A DNA stretch of 32,056 nt, from the IMG/VR virus record IMGVR_UViG_3300038520_000078, positions 1 to 32,056 of that record; one strand, 5' to 3'. The notes beneath the pieces are model-generated. The model saw only the letters and a program-made list of their open reading frames with translations, searched no databases and was not told the origin of the DNA. Positions 16,635 to 25,967 of the stretch are shown here, in pieces; position 1 is the first letter of the stretch, and the number at the start of each line of letters is the position of its first letter. The stretch comes from a virus. Taxonomy: Duplodnaviria; Caudoviricetes. A program made the position numbers and the translations under genes.

Positions 16635-18493
16635 TATCTTTTACCATCTGGTCGAGCATCTACTCTTAAAGTTCCGAATCTCCACCTATCGTCTACAGTA
16701 GAATTACTGCTTATCTTTACAGCTACTTGTCTTCCTCTCGATCTAGTATTAATTTGTTTAGTGCTAGTTGTAATATCTTTTTCTCCTGACTGAGTTTGTG
16801 TATCAGTAGGAAACTCTCTAGATAATAAATTCATTTTTACAGTTCCTTGTAAGTTTTTAAAATCTGGTATGTATCCTCTAATAAACATGAACTGATCTCC
16901 GTCAGCTATATCTACATCTCCACTTGTAATAAATGTGCTCATTACATTTCCGTTATCTGATTCACCAGTTTCGTGTTCGTATATAAAGCTACGACCTGCA
17001 CTAACTCCATTTAAAGTATCTGAAGTTGCAGCAGTAGAACTAGCATCGTATTCAGTAGCTTGAGGAATACTAAATACTCCTTGATCTACCCATGCACTTC
17101 TACTTAAATTTCCAATATACCATACTTGTTCTTGATAATTATAAATTACATATCTATCTACTTGACTTGAATTAGATGAACAGTAGAACCATATAACTTC
17201 ATTAAACTCATTATTCTCACCAGCATACACTTGAGTATTTTGAGCTGTATTAATATCACTAAAAACATAATTTTTTACACTACAGGGAAGTTCTTGAATA
17301 CTTCCTCTGTAAATCATAAATCTTCCCTCTGACATCCAGTAAGCTGTATCATTTACTACTACTGCTGAGTTTAATCCTACAGCACCACAATCTGTTCCTA
17401 ATAATCTAAAACCAAAAGTAAAAGGAGGACCTACAAACTGCATACTGTGAAGTGCTTGATCAGTCCACACTAAGATTTCATTTCTAGTTTTTTTAGCAGA
17501 TATTATTCTACTTCCCTCACCTAATCTTTGAGAGCCTGCTGTATTAGTTGTACTAGCTGTCCATTGAGTAAAATTTTCTTGATCTGACCATCTAATTAAC
17601 ATAGTATCTTGAGTGCTAGGTGTTCCTATCGTTACCTCAGTTCCAAAACAAATTAAATGTCTATCAGGAGTAGATACTAAACCAGTAACTGAAGCTGTAG
17701 GAGCATTACTAACTGCTGTCATACGATTATTAGCTAACCCTGCTGAAGTATCCCATTGATAAGTGCTATCGTTCTTTTTCCAACCATATAAATCTTCACC
17801 AGCATTATCGAAACTCCACATACCCATATCTAAAGTAACGTTAGAAGTAGATCGAGCTGTACCCCAAGTTTCAGTATTCCATGTAGATGTACCCCAACCA
17901 TAGCCTAAAGTTTGAACATCTGGTTCAGTTGTTAACTCAAATTTAGCGTTTCCGTTTCCTTTATTAGTTATACCAGAGCCTGATTCAGCAGATGGCATTT
18001 GTATAAAGAAAGCGTTTCCGTTTGCTACTCCTTGTACCTCAAACTCTCCTGTTGTAAAGTTAGAAGTTGTAAAATTAGTATCTGAAGTTAATGAAGATAT
18101 AGTATCAAATATAACGAAATCACCAGCACTAGTTCCATGACTATTAATAGTTACAGTAACGTTAGCACTTCCGTTAGTAGTAGTAAATATATTCGTTAAA
18201 GAAGTATTACTTTGTCTAATAGGAGTAACATTATATAAGTTACCTCCGTTAAAAATGTAAACTTTCTTATTAGTTCCTAAACCTATATATCGACTTCCGT
18301 CTAAATCGAACCATGCTTTTATTCCTCTTACAGCTCCTACCATAGCTGTACTTGCTTTTTTTAACCAGCCTCCTATTTTTTGAGGAAGACCAAATCTAAA
18401 TCTTACTTTATCACAATCTACCCATGCTCCTTCAGCACCATACTCAGTATTTTCTTTATCTATTCCTGATCTGAATTGAACTTTCGTATACAT
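16634..18493 (-). CDS. Tail nozzle/head-closure protein (P22 gp10 / T7 gp12-like beta-propeller)
   Basis: WVDCDKVRF, IRWSDQEN, EVIWFY and C-terminal RGRQ...WRFGTLRVD motifs, size and position before the ejection genes. Confidence 0.75.
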   Translation of the reverse strand: MYTKVQFRSGIDKENTEYGAEGAWVDCDKVRFRFGLPQKIGGWLKKASTAMVGAVRGIKAWFDLDGSRYIGLGTNKKVYIFNGGNLYNVTPIRQSNTSLTNIFTTTNGSANVTVTINSHGTSAGDFVIFDTISSLTSDTNFTTSNFTTGEFEVQGVANGNAFFIQMPSAESGSGITNKGNGNAKFELTTEPDVQTLGYGWGTSTWNTETWGTARSTSNVTLDMGMWSFDNAGEDLYGWKKNDSTYQWDTSAGLANNRMTAVSNAPTASVTGLVSTPDRHLICFGTEVTIGTPSTQDTMLIRWSDQENFTQWTASTTNTAGSQRLGEGSRIISAKKTRNEILVWTDQALHSMQFVGPPFTFGFRLLGTDCGAVGLNSAVVVNDTAYWMSEGRFMIYRGSIQELPCSVKNYVFSDINTAQNTQVYAGENNEFNEVIWFYCSSNSSQVDRYVIYNYQEQVWYIGNLSRSAWVDQGVFSIPQATEYDASSTAATSDTLNGVSAGRSFIYEHETGESDNGNVMSTFITSGDVDIADGDQFMFIRGYIPDFKNLQGTVKMNLLSREFPTDTQTQSGEKDITTSTKQINTRSRGRQVAVKISSNSTVDDRWRFGTLRVDARPDGKR

Positions 18494-18780
18494 TAGCCTT
18501 TTTTTAATTTTAACAAGTTACTAATATTATTAGCTTTAACCATCTCATTTCTAAAACTTTCAATTGCAGCACCAGCTTGACTACTTTGTCTAGAATTTTC
18601 TATTAATAACATAGGAAGCATAGCAATAGCACAGCCATACTCGTCAACTTCTTCACCAGTTTGAGGGTGAGTGCCTCTTATTTGAGTAAACCAAGCACAG
18701 TCAAATTTTTTACAAGGAGTAAAATTATTGAGAGGACAATTATCTTTAATTTCAATTTTCAATTTAGTCTTTTGCTGCAA
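18493..18780 (-). CDS. Small 4-Cys protein next to the tail fibre (start may be TTG at 18762)
   Basis: CPL...CKKFDCAWF...CAIAMLP. Confidence 0.7.
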   Translation of the reverse strand: MQQKTKLKIEIKDNCPLNNFTPCKKFDCAWFTQIRGTHPQTGEEVDEYGCAIAMLPMLLIENSRQSSQAGAAIESFRNEMVKANNISNLLKLKKG

Positions 18781-19765
18781 TAATTAAATCTACATATTGC
18801 ACATCTAAATTTAAGTTAGTAGAAAAACTATGAGTATGTGAATCACCAGCTAATGAACCAGCAGTGTGAGTATGGCCACCACCTCCTCCTTGATAATCAG
18901 TATAAAATCTTTTAGCACCACTTGAGTTACCAGTATTTCTAGTACCTGCACTAACGCTATCACCAGTACCAAATTCAACGTGACCACCTTCTAAGTGTCT
19001 ATGTGAAGGTATTTCACTTAAAGTTAGAGTATGAGATCCTGTTGAACCTGAAATAGTAACTGCACTTCCGCCAGTAGTTCCACTAACAGCGTTATTAGTA
19101 TTAAATGCTGCAGCGAAAGTATTGCTTCCACCTGAACTTACTGAACCTGTTACAACACGTAAAGCTTTATTATTATGTGTAGTTTGTTTAGTCCAGCCAG
19201 TAGGTGCTGCAGATTGTTGAAATAACATTTTAGTTGAACTAGGAAAAGCTTCTATTCCTGTTAAACCTGAACCATCACCAGTTACTGTAGTTGCGTTTAA
19301 TACTGCTACATTAACAGTTCCTAAAGATTTAGTGCCATCTGCAAAAAGATCTACCATATCATCTCCGTCTTTAACGTAAGCAACAGTATGGGTTCCTTGA
19401 GTAATAGCTATGCCATTAGCTGCATGGCCAGTAGGTGCTACATGTAAAGTATAAGAACCTGTAGTATTATTATGAAAAATATATTCTTTCTCTACTGCTG
19501 GTAAAAAAACGTAAATATTACCAGATAGTGTTCCTGTAAATTCAATTACTTTATTAGCGGCTTCATTAGTAGTTTCTACATCTGGATCTCTATTAGAAGA
19601 CGTTAAAGTAACGTTAGCACTTCCTGCTACAGATTTAGCTAGATAGCCTCCTACGGCAGCGTCTATAACTTGTAAATTTTCATTTGTATTATTACCCCAT
19701 ACACCAGCGTTTGCGCCAGCTTCCATTAATTCTAATTTTAATCTAGTTGAATAAGTTGATGCCAT
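18764..19765 (-). CDS. Tail fibre protein with collar-like segment and HxH motifs
   Basis: N-terminal anchor GVWGNNTNENL, collar-like FQQSAAPTGWTK, HTLTLSEIPSHRH and two HTH motifs. Confidence 0.8.
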   Translation of the reverse strand: MASTYSTRLKLELMEAGANAGVWGNNTNENLQVIDAAVGGYLAKSVAGSANVTLTSSNRDPDVETTNEAANKVIEFTGTLSGNIYVFLPAVEKEYIFHNNTTGSYTLHVAPTGHAANGIAITQGTHTVAYVKDGDDMVDLFADGTKSLGTVNVAVLNATTVTGDGSGLTGIEAFPSSTKMLFQQSAAPTGWTKQTTHNNKALRVVTGSVSSGGSNTFAAAFNTNNAVSGTTGGSAVTISGSTGSHTLTLSEIPSHRHLEGGHVEFGTGDSVSAGTRNTGNSSGAKRFYTDYQGGGGGHTHTAGSLAGDSHTHSFSTNLNLDVQYVDLIIAAKD

Positions 19766-19766
19766 T

Positions 19767-21029
19767 TTATGCCGCTATCTCCGTCCATGTGTTTGTACTC
19801 GAAGTATCTACTTCAGTCCACGAATTACTTGCACCTGGTATAGGTTGCCAGAAATTAGGTGAACCAGAACTTATATTAGCAGAAATTCCAGAAATTGAAA
19901 CAATTTGTTGCCCTACTATAGATACTGTTCCTACTGATGTAGTCGCAGATAATCCTGTTACTGAAAATCCTTGATTATTCTTTACAACTACACTATTTAA
20001 AGTAGTCGTTAATCCTTGACCAGTAACAGCAAATGAAACATTAGATAATTGGCTAACGCTTCCTAATGAAACAGTTAATTGTTGTCCTGTAACATCTGAA
20101 TCAGTTATGAGCTGAACTGTAACGCTTCCTAAACTTGTAGTAGCAGATTGCCCTTGATAATTATTATTAGTAGGAGTATTGGCTTGACCTCCCATAGCAG
20201 AGTGATATTGACAGTAATAATATAGAGTAGGAGCAGAAGCGGCAACAGTTATAGTTGTTTTATAAGCACTATCATCTTTTACAACCCCTGTAGTGTATTC
20301 ACTACCTCCACTATGAGTTCCACCACTAGTAGTAGAAAATCTAACAGGATGTCCTGTAGCGGCCGACCAATCGAATATGTAAGTGTTACCTTCTTCTAAT
20401 TCAAGAGTAGGTTGTTGTACTCCGTCAATAACGTATTTATTACCTGATCCAGTAGATACAACAGTTACAGTAAATGTTTGAGTTATTCCTTTAGGAACGA
20501 CTAAAGCTGAACCGCTCGTAGTTTCATTTCCTTGAGAAACTGTAGCTTCTTGTCCATTTGCAGCCACATCACCTGGTATCTGAACAGCTACACTTCCTAA
20601 ACTTGTAGTTCCTTGAACTCCTGTTTCTATAACTACTGCAGATCCTACGACAACTTCATCAGATAAAGTTGAAGTTAGTTCTTGCCCTGATTGAGCAATT
20701 GCTATATTAATAGCTACTGATTCATCTCCTAACGTTGAAGTTAAACCAAATCCTGTTTCACTTATAACAGCTTGTCCTGCTACTACAACATCGTTTACAG
20801 ATCCAGTAAGTGCTTGTCCTGAAGCTACAATTTCTCCTTGAGCTGATACAGTTACGCTATTTAATGTAGTAGTAAGAGCTTGACCAGTAATCGCAACACC
20901 AGTAGTTACGTCAACCGATACGCTATTTAATGTAGTAGTAAGAGCTTGACCAGTAACAGCGAATGCTATACTAGTTCCACCTTCCGCAGAGAAAGGGGCT
21001 TCAGCGAATGATAATCTCGCAAAATTCAT
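19767..21029 (-). CDS. Virion repeat protein (~22-aa beta repeats) with inserted cupredoxin-like domain
   Basis: Repeated (V/I)TGQxLTTTLxSVxV units interrupted by LEEGNTYIFD...GHPVRFS...LYYYCQYHSAMGG. Confidence 0.75.
   Translation of the reverse strand: MNFARLSFAEAPFSAEGGTSIAFAVTGQALTTTLNSVSVDVTTGVAITGQALTTTLNSVTVSAQGEIVASGQALTGSVNDVVVAGQAVISETGFGLTSTLGDESVAINIAIAQSGQELTSTLSDEVVVGSAVVIETGVQGTTSLGSVAVQIPGDVAANGQEATVSQGNETTSGSALVVPKGITQTFTVTVVSTGSGNKYVIDGVQQPTLELEEGNTYIFDWSAATGHPVRFSTTSGGTHSGGSEYTTGVVKDDSAYKTTITVAASAPTLYYYCQYHSAMGGQANTPTNNNYQGQSATTSLGSVTVQLITDSDVTGQQLTVSLGSVSQLSNVSFAVTGQGLTTTLNSVVVKNNQGFSVTGLSATTSVGTVSIVGQQIVSISGISANISSGSPNFWQPIPGASNSWTEVDTSSTNTWTEIAA
20853..20956. repeat. 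38-bp exact direct repeat (20853..20890 and 20919..20956), 66-bp period
   Basis: tacgctatttaatgtagtagtaagagcttgaccagtaa occurs twice and encodes TGQALTTTLNSV. Confidence 0.9.
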
Positions 21030-21032
21030 TTA

Positions 21033-21335
21033 TTACGACCCTGGTTTAGTCGGCCAAGTTACTGAGTTTACTTTTTCTACTGTATCTAATCCTGTAGTAA
21101 GATCTCTTAAATCTTGTCTATATTTTTTCTGTGCGTCTGTCATGGTGTTATCAGAAGTACCCCACCAATCTGTTTGAGTAAGTAAACTGTTTCTTTTTTC
21201 TCTTAAAGTATTTAATGCTCTATCTAAAGCACCATCATTCCATGCTTTTTCTTCTGCTTGTCTTAATGCTAATTCTTCAGCAGTCATATCTTCTATAATT
21301 GGTTTACCTAATCCTATAACTGTAACTTTTTTCAT
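21033..21335 (-). CDS. Tail fibre assembly chaperone-like protein
   Basis: LREKRNSLLTQTDW...YRQDLRDL...WPTKP. Confidence 0.8.
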   Translation of the reverse strand: MKKVTVIGLGKPIIEDMTAEELALRQAEEKAWNDGALDRALNTLREKRNSLLTQTDWWGTSDNTMTDAQKKYRQDLRDLTTGLDTVEKVNSVTWPTKPGS

Positions 21336-21958
21336 TATTCTTTTATTCCATAAACTTGTATATCTACTGTACTTAAATTTCCTGTGTTTGTTGTAAATTG
21401 AAAGCCATCAAAAGATGTTGTGTCATCATATTGTATTCCTCCAAAGTGCATTCTTCGATAACCATCGTCAGTAATTGAATTAAAATGTGCTGTTATATTT
21501 GTAAGATATGTTGTGCTAAAAGGTGAAAACACATACATAAAACCTTGAACTGCTTTTGAATCTGTTTCTTCTAAAGATGATCCTAAGTAAGCATAACTAT
21601 TATAGCTATTATATAATCTTCCTAATCCATCAGTATTATCTCCCCATCTTACATAACTCATGTATTTAGAAGTTGAATTTGTAGCACCACCTGTTCTAAA
21701 TTTAATATGGCATTGATTATTTGCACCTGCTATTGCAACTTTAAAAGTTACAAAATAATTCATGTAAGTTGCACTAAAAACACTATCAATACTATAATCC
21801 CCTGCATCTGTTGTGCTTTGCAAAGAGCCAGTTTTAACTAATGTTTGAGGTGTACCAGTAACAGTTCCGGTAAAAGCAAAAGTATTAGCTAAGTTAATTT
21901 TATCAGAAGTTATAGCATCATCTGCAAAAGCTCCTGCGGGTAATGTATTAAGTGCCAT
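21335..21958 (-). CDS. Short fibre/receptor-binding-like head (ADDAI-type N-terminus, FSATYxNY-type C-domain)
   Basis: N-terminus shared with 24299..24835 (ADDAI..K..L....AFTGTVTG), beta-rich C-domain ending VYGIKE. Confidence 0.65.
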   Translation of the reverse strand: MALNTLPAGAFADDAITSDKINLANTFAFTGTVTGTPQTLVKTGSLQSTTDAGDYSIDSVFSATYMNYFVTFKVAIAGANNQCHIKFRTGGATNSTSKYMSYVRWGDNTDGLGRLYNSYNSYAYLGSSLEETDSKAVQGFMYVFSPFSTTYLTNITAHFNSITDDGYRRMHFGGIQYDDTTSFDGFQFTTNTGNLSTVDIQVYGIKE

Positions 21959-22506
21959 TAAGGTAAGACCTCCATTAATGTAAGTTCACTTGTATTTGAT
22001 GAAGTATTTATCACAAACGTAACACCACTCACCATAGCTTTAGCTTGAAATTTAAATGTTACAGCATCTGTAGTGCTAGGTGATAACAATGTGCTGATTG
22101 GTGTATTAGATGCCTGCCATATACCACTATTACCATAATCATACACACCTATAACTTCATTAAATATTTTTGTATCAGAATAACTACCACTTCCAACCTT
22201 ATGTAAAACTTTCATAGCTGATCTATTGTTGTTACTTCCGTTGTAATAAGAATTACAAATAATACATCCAGTAATCAATATTTTTGATGATGTAGATGAG
22301 GGTGTAATAGATGTCTCCCATAGAGAGCCACCACTATTTATATCAGTATATGATGTAGCTGTAATAACTTGATTAGTGCTATTACTAGAATTAATTACTT
22401 GACCAATCTTGAACTTTGACGAGGTTATAACACCTGAACCATCAGACGTAATAATATTATTGTCACCGCCGTCATTAATTAAATTTACTTTAAGTTTACT
22501 AGTCAT
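21958..22506 (-). CDS. Short fibre/receptor-binding-like head (KIGQV...ITP..SSKIL family)
   Basis: SKLKVN start, KIGQV, ITPSSTSSKILI, C-terminal TLMEVL. Confidence 0.65.
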   Translation of the reverse strand: MTSKLKVNLINDGGDNNIITSDGSGVITSSKFKIGQVINSSNSTNQVITATSYTDINSGGSLWETSITPSSTSSKILITGCIICNSYYNGSNNNRSAMKVLHKVGSGSYSDTKIFNEVIGVYDYGNSGIWQASNTPISTLLSPSTTDAVTFKFQAKAMVSGVTFVINTSSNTSELTLMEVLP

Positions 22507-23097
22507 CTATGCAATTTCCTGTATAATTAATGTGCTATTTGAACCAGCAGAACCAGAAGCACCTTGTGTATCTGTTGAAAATTCATATCTATTATCATCA
22601 GAACCATTTGGATTGTAGCTACCACCACTATTACCACTATTTCCATTAGAAGTAATAAATTGTTTTATTGTATAAGTGCCTGATTTCATGCCATCTAACA
22701 TACCAACACCTCCTTGAAAACTAGAGTGAGTTGGAACGTATACATACTGCCTTGATCCAAAGAATTGTGTTACTGTGCCGTCACTATGAGTCCATTGTAA
22801 CATGCCGTTTTGAGCCCCTTGAACAGATCCCTCATATGGCACGTTAAACCATATGTGTAAATCAGAGTCATTACTTTGTTTAACAAATGATGTAGTCCAT
22901 GTAAAAAGTTCTAAATCTGCACTTTGTGCAGAAGATGTTATTCTAGTTGAGTATGAGAAATACTTTTGTTGCAGTAAAATACTAAAACCAGATTGACTAG
23001 CACCACTTGCTAAAGAAACTGTATCACCAGATTTACCAAGTTGAAGAGATGTACCTGATTGTGTGATAATCTCATTTACTTTTAATTGTGATACCAT
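22507..23097 (-). CDS. Short fibre/receptor-binding-like head (divergent)
   Basis: QLKVNEI..QSGTSLQLGKSGDTVSLASGASQ N-module, C-terminal IIQEIA. Confidence 0.65.
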   Translation of the reverse strand: MVSQLKVNEIITQSGTSLQLGKSGDTVSLASGASQSGFSILLQQKYFSYSTRITSSAQSADLELFTWTTSFVKQSNDSDLHIWFNVPYEGSVQGAQNGMLQWTHSDGTVTQFFGSRQYVYVPTHSSFQGGVGMLDGMKSGTYTIKQFITSNGNSGNSGGSYNPNGSDDNRYEFSTDTQGASGSAGSNSTLIIQEIA

Positions 23098-23107
23098 TTA
23101 CTACTCT

Positions 23108-23437
23108 TTATGATTTAGGGTTTGCGTCTTTGATAGCTTTGATTCTTGCTTTCCATGCGTCCATGTCTTTGTACATTTCATCAAGCTGGTCGCCGATATC
23201 ACCATAGGCCGCTCTACGTGTAGCTCTTACAACGTTGTTTGCTTCTTCAGTATTACCTGCTGTTTCTTGTGCAGCAAGTTGTTCATCTGTTGGTTTATCT
23301 AGTCCTGAAATATTCCATTCTTTAATGTAAGGACCCTTACCATCGGAATCGTCCTGAAGTAAAACGTCTTTTGTAAAGTCTACAGTCTTTGAGTTAGCCT
23401 CACAGTATAATCTTACTTTTGTAGATAATGATGCCAT
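23108..23437 (-). CDS. XkdW-like tail fibre chaperone
   Basis: LQDDSDGKGPYIKEWN...KPT and RRAAY..IGDQLD...IKAIKDANPK. Confidence 0.65.
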   Translation of the reverse strand: MASLSTKVRLYCEANSKTVDFTKDVLLQDDSDGKGPYIKEWNISGLDKPTDEQLAAQETAGNTEEANNVVRATRRAAYGDIGDQLDEMYKDMDAWKARIKAIKDANPKS

Positions 23438-23446
23438 TTTTTACTC

Positions 23447-23815
23447 CTATTCACTAAAGTTTGCGTAATCTACTACCTTAGCACGTTCTGCCGCTCTTTT
23501 AGTTTTTACATCAGAAGGCATTGCAGTTCCGCCCTCAGCTTCTCTAATTGCATACCAATCAGTAGATGCTAAATAAGCTCTTGCTTCTTCGTTTATTACC
23601 TTTTGTGATGCAAATGCATCTTGTTTGTCCATATCGGCTTTGACTTTTGTCCAAGTAACAGCATCTGGCTTTGCGCCCATAATAGCTGTGTTATTGGAGT
23701 CTTTACCTACAACCCATTCAACGTTTGAGTTGAACTCAGCTTCGGTAGTTACATTACCACGAATAACAAATTCGTAAGTGCCGATTGACTGTATTGCTTG
23801 TGCACAATCTGCCAT
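23447..23815 (-). CDS. Tail fibre chaperone-like protein
   Basis: EARAYLASTDWY...MPSDVKTKRAAER, related to the TDW motif of 21033..21335. Confidence 0.6.
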   Translation of the reverse strand: MADCAQAIQSIGTYEFVIRGNVTTEAEFNSNVEWVVGKDSNNTAIMGAKPDAVTWTKVKADMDKQDAFASQKVINEEARAYLASTDWYAIREAEGGTAMPSDVKTKRAAERAKVVDYANFSE

Positions 23816-23825
23816 TGTTTACTCC

Positions 23826-24299
23826 TTATAATATCACTAGTGTTCCACCACTAGCTACGTTTATTGTCTGTCCTGAGGACACTGTTACAGGACCTACTAT
23901 ACTAGCATTTTCAGAAGATGAAACAGATAATCCTCCTGTTAATGTTTGTACGTTTCTATATGCGCCATTAATACTTGTTAATTTAGCTGCAGTTACAGTA
24001 CCGTCTGTAGGGGCTCCTACATCAAAAGTATCTCCAAATATTACACCAGAAAAAGTTGCGCTACTAGCAGGTGCGCCTGTAAAAGCTATTGTTCCACTAG
24101 ATGAACCAGCAGTAAACGCTGTTCCTGGCACTTGGTAAACTCCGTTTATATGTATTAATAACTGAGCTAAACTTCCTATTATTTGAGTAGATCCACCAAC
24201 AGCTATAGTAAACTGTGTTTCAGAACCATTAAAACCTGAACTAATATCGTCAATTAACGAAAAGTTACCTTGAACTATTGGATTTCCTAAATATCCCAT
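23826..24299 (-). CDS. Virion/tail protein, MGYLGNP paralog 2
   Basis: Start moved to ATG 24299 (TAATG overlap). INGVYQVP motif and C-terminal NA...GPVT...G.L tail shared with 27063..27503. Confidence 0.7.
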   Translation of the reverse strand: MGYLGNPIVQGNFSLIDDISSGFNGSETQFTIAVGGSTQIIGSLAQLLIHINGVYQVPGTAFTAGSSSGTIAFTGAPASSATFSGVIFGDTFDVGAPTDGTVTAAKLTSINGAYRNVQTLTGGLSVSSSENASIVGPVTVSSGQTINVASGGTLVIL

Positions 24300-24835
24300 T
24301 ATGCTGCTATCTCCAAAATTGTCCAAAACAAGGGCGTAGTTGAATTTGAAATAAATCTAAAACTATCTCCTCTTACATATATTGAATATTTAATTGAGCT
24401 TGTGCTATCTATAGTAGTTTGATGATAAGTAAATGACCCATTACCACTTCTAACAGATGTCGCACTGTCTTGGTGCATTCTCACTAAACTGCCATCACTT
24501 GAACTAATCTCAGTTATAGCCCCATCATTTTTGTAAATAGTAACACCTCCACCATGACCACCCTCATTAGTTTTTTGTAATACTACATTTATTATATGTA
24601 ATAAAGTATTTGACGTAGATGTAGCTGTGAAGTTATGGTCTATACCACTATCTGCTAAAGAACTTCCATTAGAAAAGTCTATATTACCTGAATCATATTT
24701 TACTCTAGATGATTTTATAATTTTACCTGCGCCAGTAACAGTGCCAGTGAACGCATAGTTAGAAGATAAGTCTAGCTTAGTATTATCTATTGCATCATCT
24801 GCGATTCCGGCTTTTGGTATCGTTGTTACTGTCAT
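24299..24835 (-). CDS. Short fibre/receptor-binding-like head (ADDAI-type N-terminus, GKI...EIA C-domain)
   Basis: ADDAIDNTKLDL..AFTGTVTGAGKII, C-terminal ILEIAA. Confidence 0.65.
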   Translation of the reverse strand: MTVTTIPKAGIADDAIDNTKLDLSSNYAFTGTVTGAGKIIKSSRVKYDSGNIDFSNGSSLADSGIDHNFTATSTSNTLLHIINVVLQKTNEGGHGGGVTIYKNDGAITEISSSDGSLVRMHQDSATSVRSGNGSFTYHQTTIDSTSSIKYSIYVRGDSFRFISNSTTPLFWTILEIAA

Positions 24836-25392
24836 TAGTCTAATATCTCCGTTAATGTAATTCCTGTTAATGTATTGTAAGCATTACCAAAACCACCTAT
24901 GTAAACATTTGTTCCTGATCCAGTATCGTATGCTTGTAATTTATAAGTTTGTGAACTTGTACTTGCTGGTGTATCTAATATCTCACAACCAAAGTTGTAA
25001 GGTGTATTAGAGTTACCATAGCCTGACCAAAAGTGATCGTGAGTATCATTAACAACACCTATAGCAGTAGATCCTCTAAGTAATTTTAGTCTATATAATT
25101 CAGATGAAGCTGTGCTATGATTTACACCACCAAAAACTCTTACTAATATTTTTGAGCTTGTAGTCGTAGGGGTAATACTTGCAGTATATCCAGTGATATC
25201 TGTCCAAGTATTTTGTGCAGATAATGTAAATACAGCAGTTTGTAAATGCTGTACTACTTGTCCAATCTTACCAAAGCCAGATGTCTTTGCACCTGAAGCA
25301 ATAGCTAGTGTCCCTGCGCTCTCACCAAGCGTGATAGTCTTAGTAGCATCTGTGCCAAGAGGAGAAATTGTTGATACTTTTAATGTGCTCAT
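24835..25392 (-). CDS. Short fibre/receptor-binding-like head (KIGQV family)
   Basis: STLKVSTI, GKIGQVV, ITPTTTSSKILV, TYKLQ, TLTEIL. Confidence 0.65.
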   Translation of the reverse strand: MSTLKVSTISPLGTDATKTITLGESAGTLAIASGAKTSGFGKIGQVVQHLQTAVFTLSAQNTWTDITGYTASITPTTTSSKILVRVFGGVNHSTASSELYRLKLLRGSTAIGVVNDTHDHFWSGYGNSNTPYNFGCEILDTPASTSSQTYKLQAYDTGSGTNVYIGGFGNAYNTLTGITLTEILD

Positions 25393-25967
25393 TATGTTCC
25401 TAACCTAAATGCTCCAAATTCATTGTAAGCTGTATTAGCCAATAAATTAGCGTTGACATCATTATTTTGTAATCCTACATATGCTTCAATATAATCAGTA
25501 GTATTAAAATCTTCTATTACAGCAGTAAAGGTGCTTATAACTCCTTGTAAACTACTCACTGCTGAGTGATTACCTGAATGAGAAATAGATGAACCATTCT
25601 TATATATTCTAGCAGAAAATTCTGCGTCTGCTGAAACACTTCCTGATGATGTATTATGTTCTCTAAATCCAATTCTTAAATAGCAATAATATTTACCAGC
25701 TACTCCTGGTGTAAATCTATAATTTGTAGTATTATCATACTTAGAATCTGTATCAAATTTTTCTGTAGCAAAAGCAACTTTTACTGCAGCGTCTTCTGTC
25801 GCTGTAAAATCACCTGATAAACTTGCAGCAAAAGCTGGTGTATTACCAGGAAAGTTTGTAAGGGTTGCTCCTGATTTTAAAGTAATCTGTGAAGTATTAC
25901 TTGAACCAATAATTAAGTTAGAAGTTCCAGATCTAGTGTCTATTGTATCTACGAGTATCTTTGACAT
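25392..25967 (-). CDS. Short fibre head with C1q/TNF-like C-domain
   Basis: TPAFAA...FDTD...RFTPGVAGKYY...IYKNGS...DYIEAY...FGAFRL. Confidence 0.7.
   Translation of the reverse strand: MSKILVDTIDTRSGTSNLIIGSSNTSQITLKSGATLTNFPGNTPAFAASLSGDFTATEDAAVKVAFATEKFDTDSKYDNTTNYRFTPGVAGKYYCYLRIGFREHNTSSGSVSADAEFSARIYKNGSSISHSGNHSAVSSLQGVISTFTAVIEDFNTTDYIEAYVGLQNNDVNANLLANTAYNEFGAFRLGT

Noticed and set aside
20853-20956. CRISPR-like repeat-spacer unit (38-bp repeat, 28-bp gap)
   Set aside because: Only two copies, in frame within a coding repeat protein.
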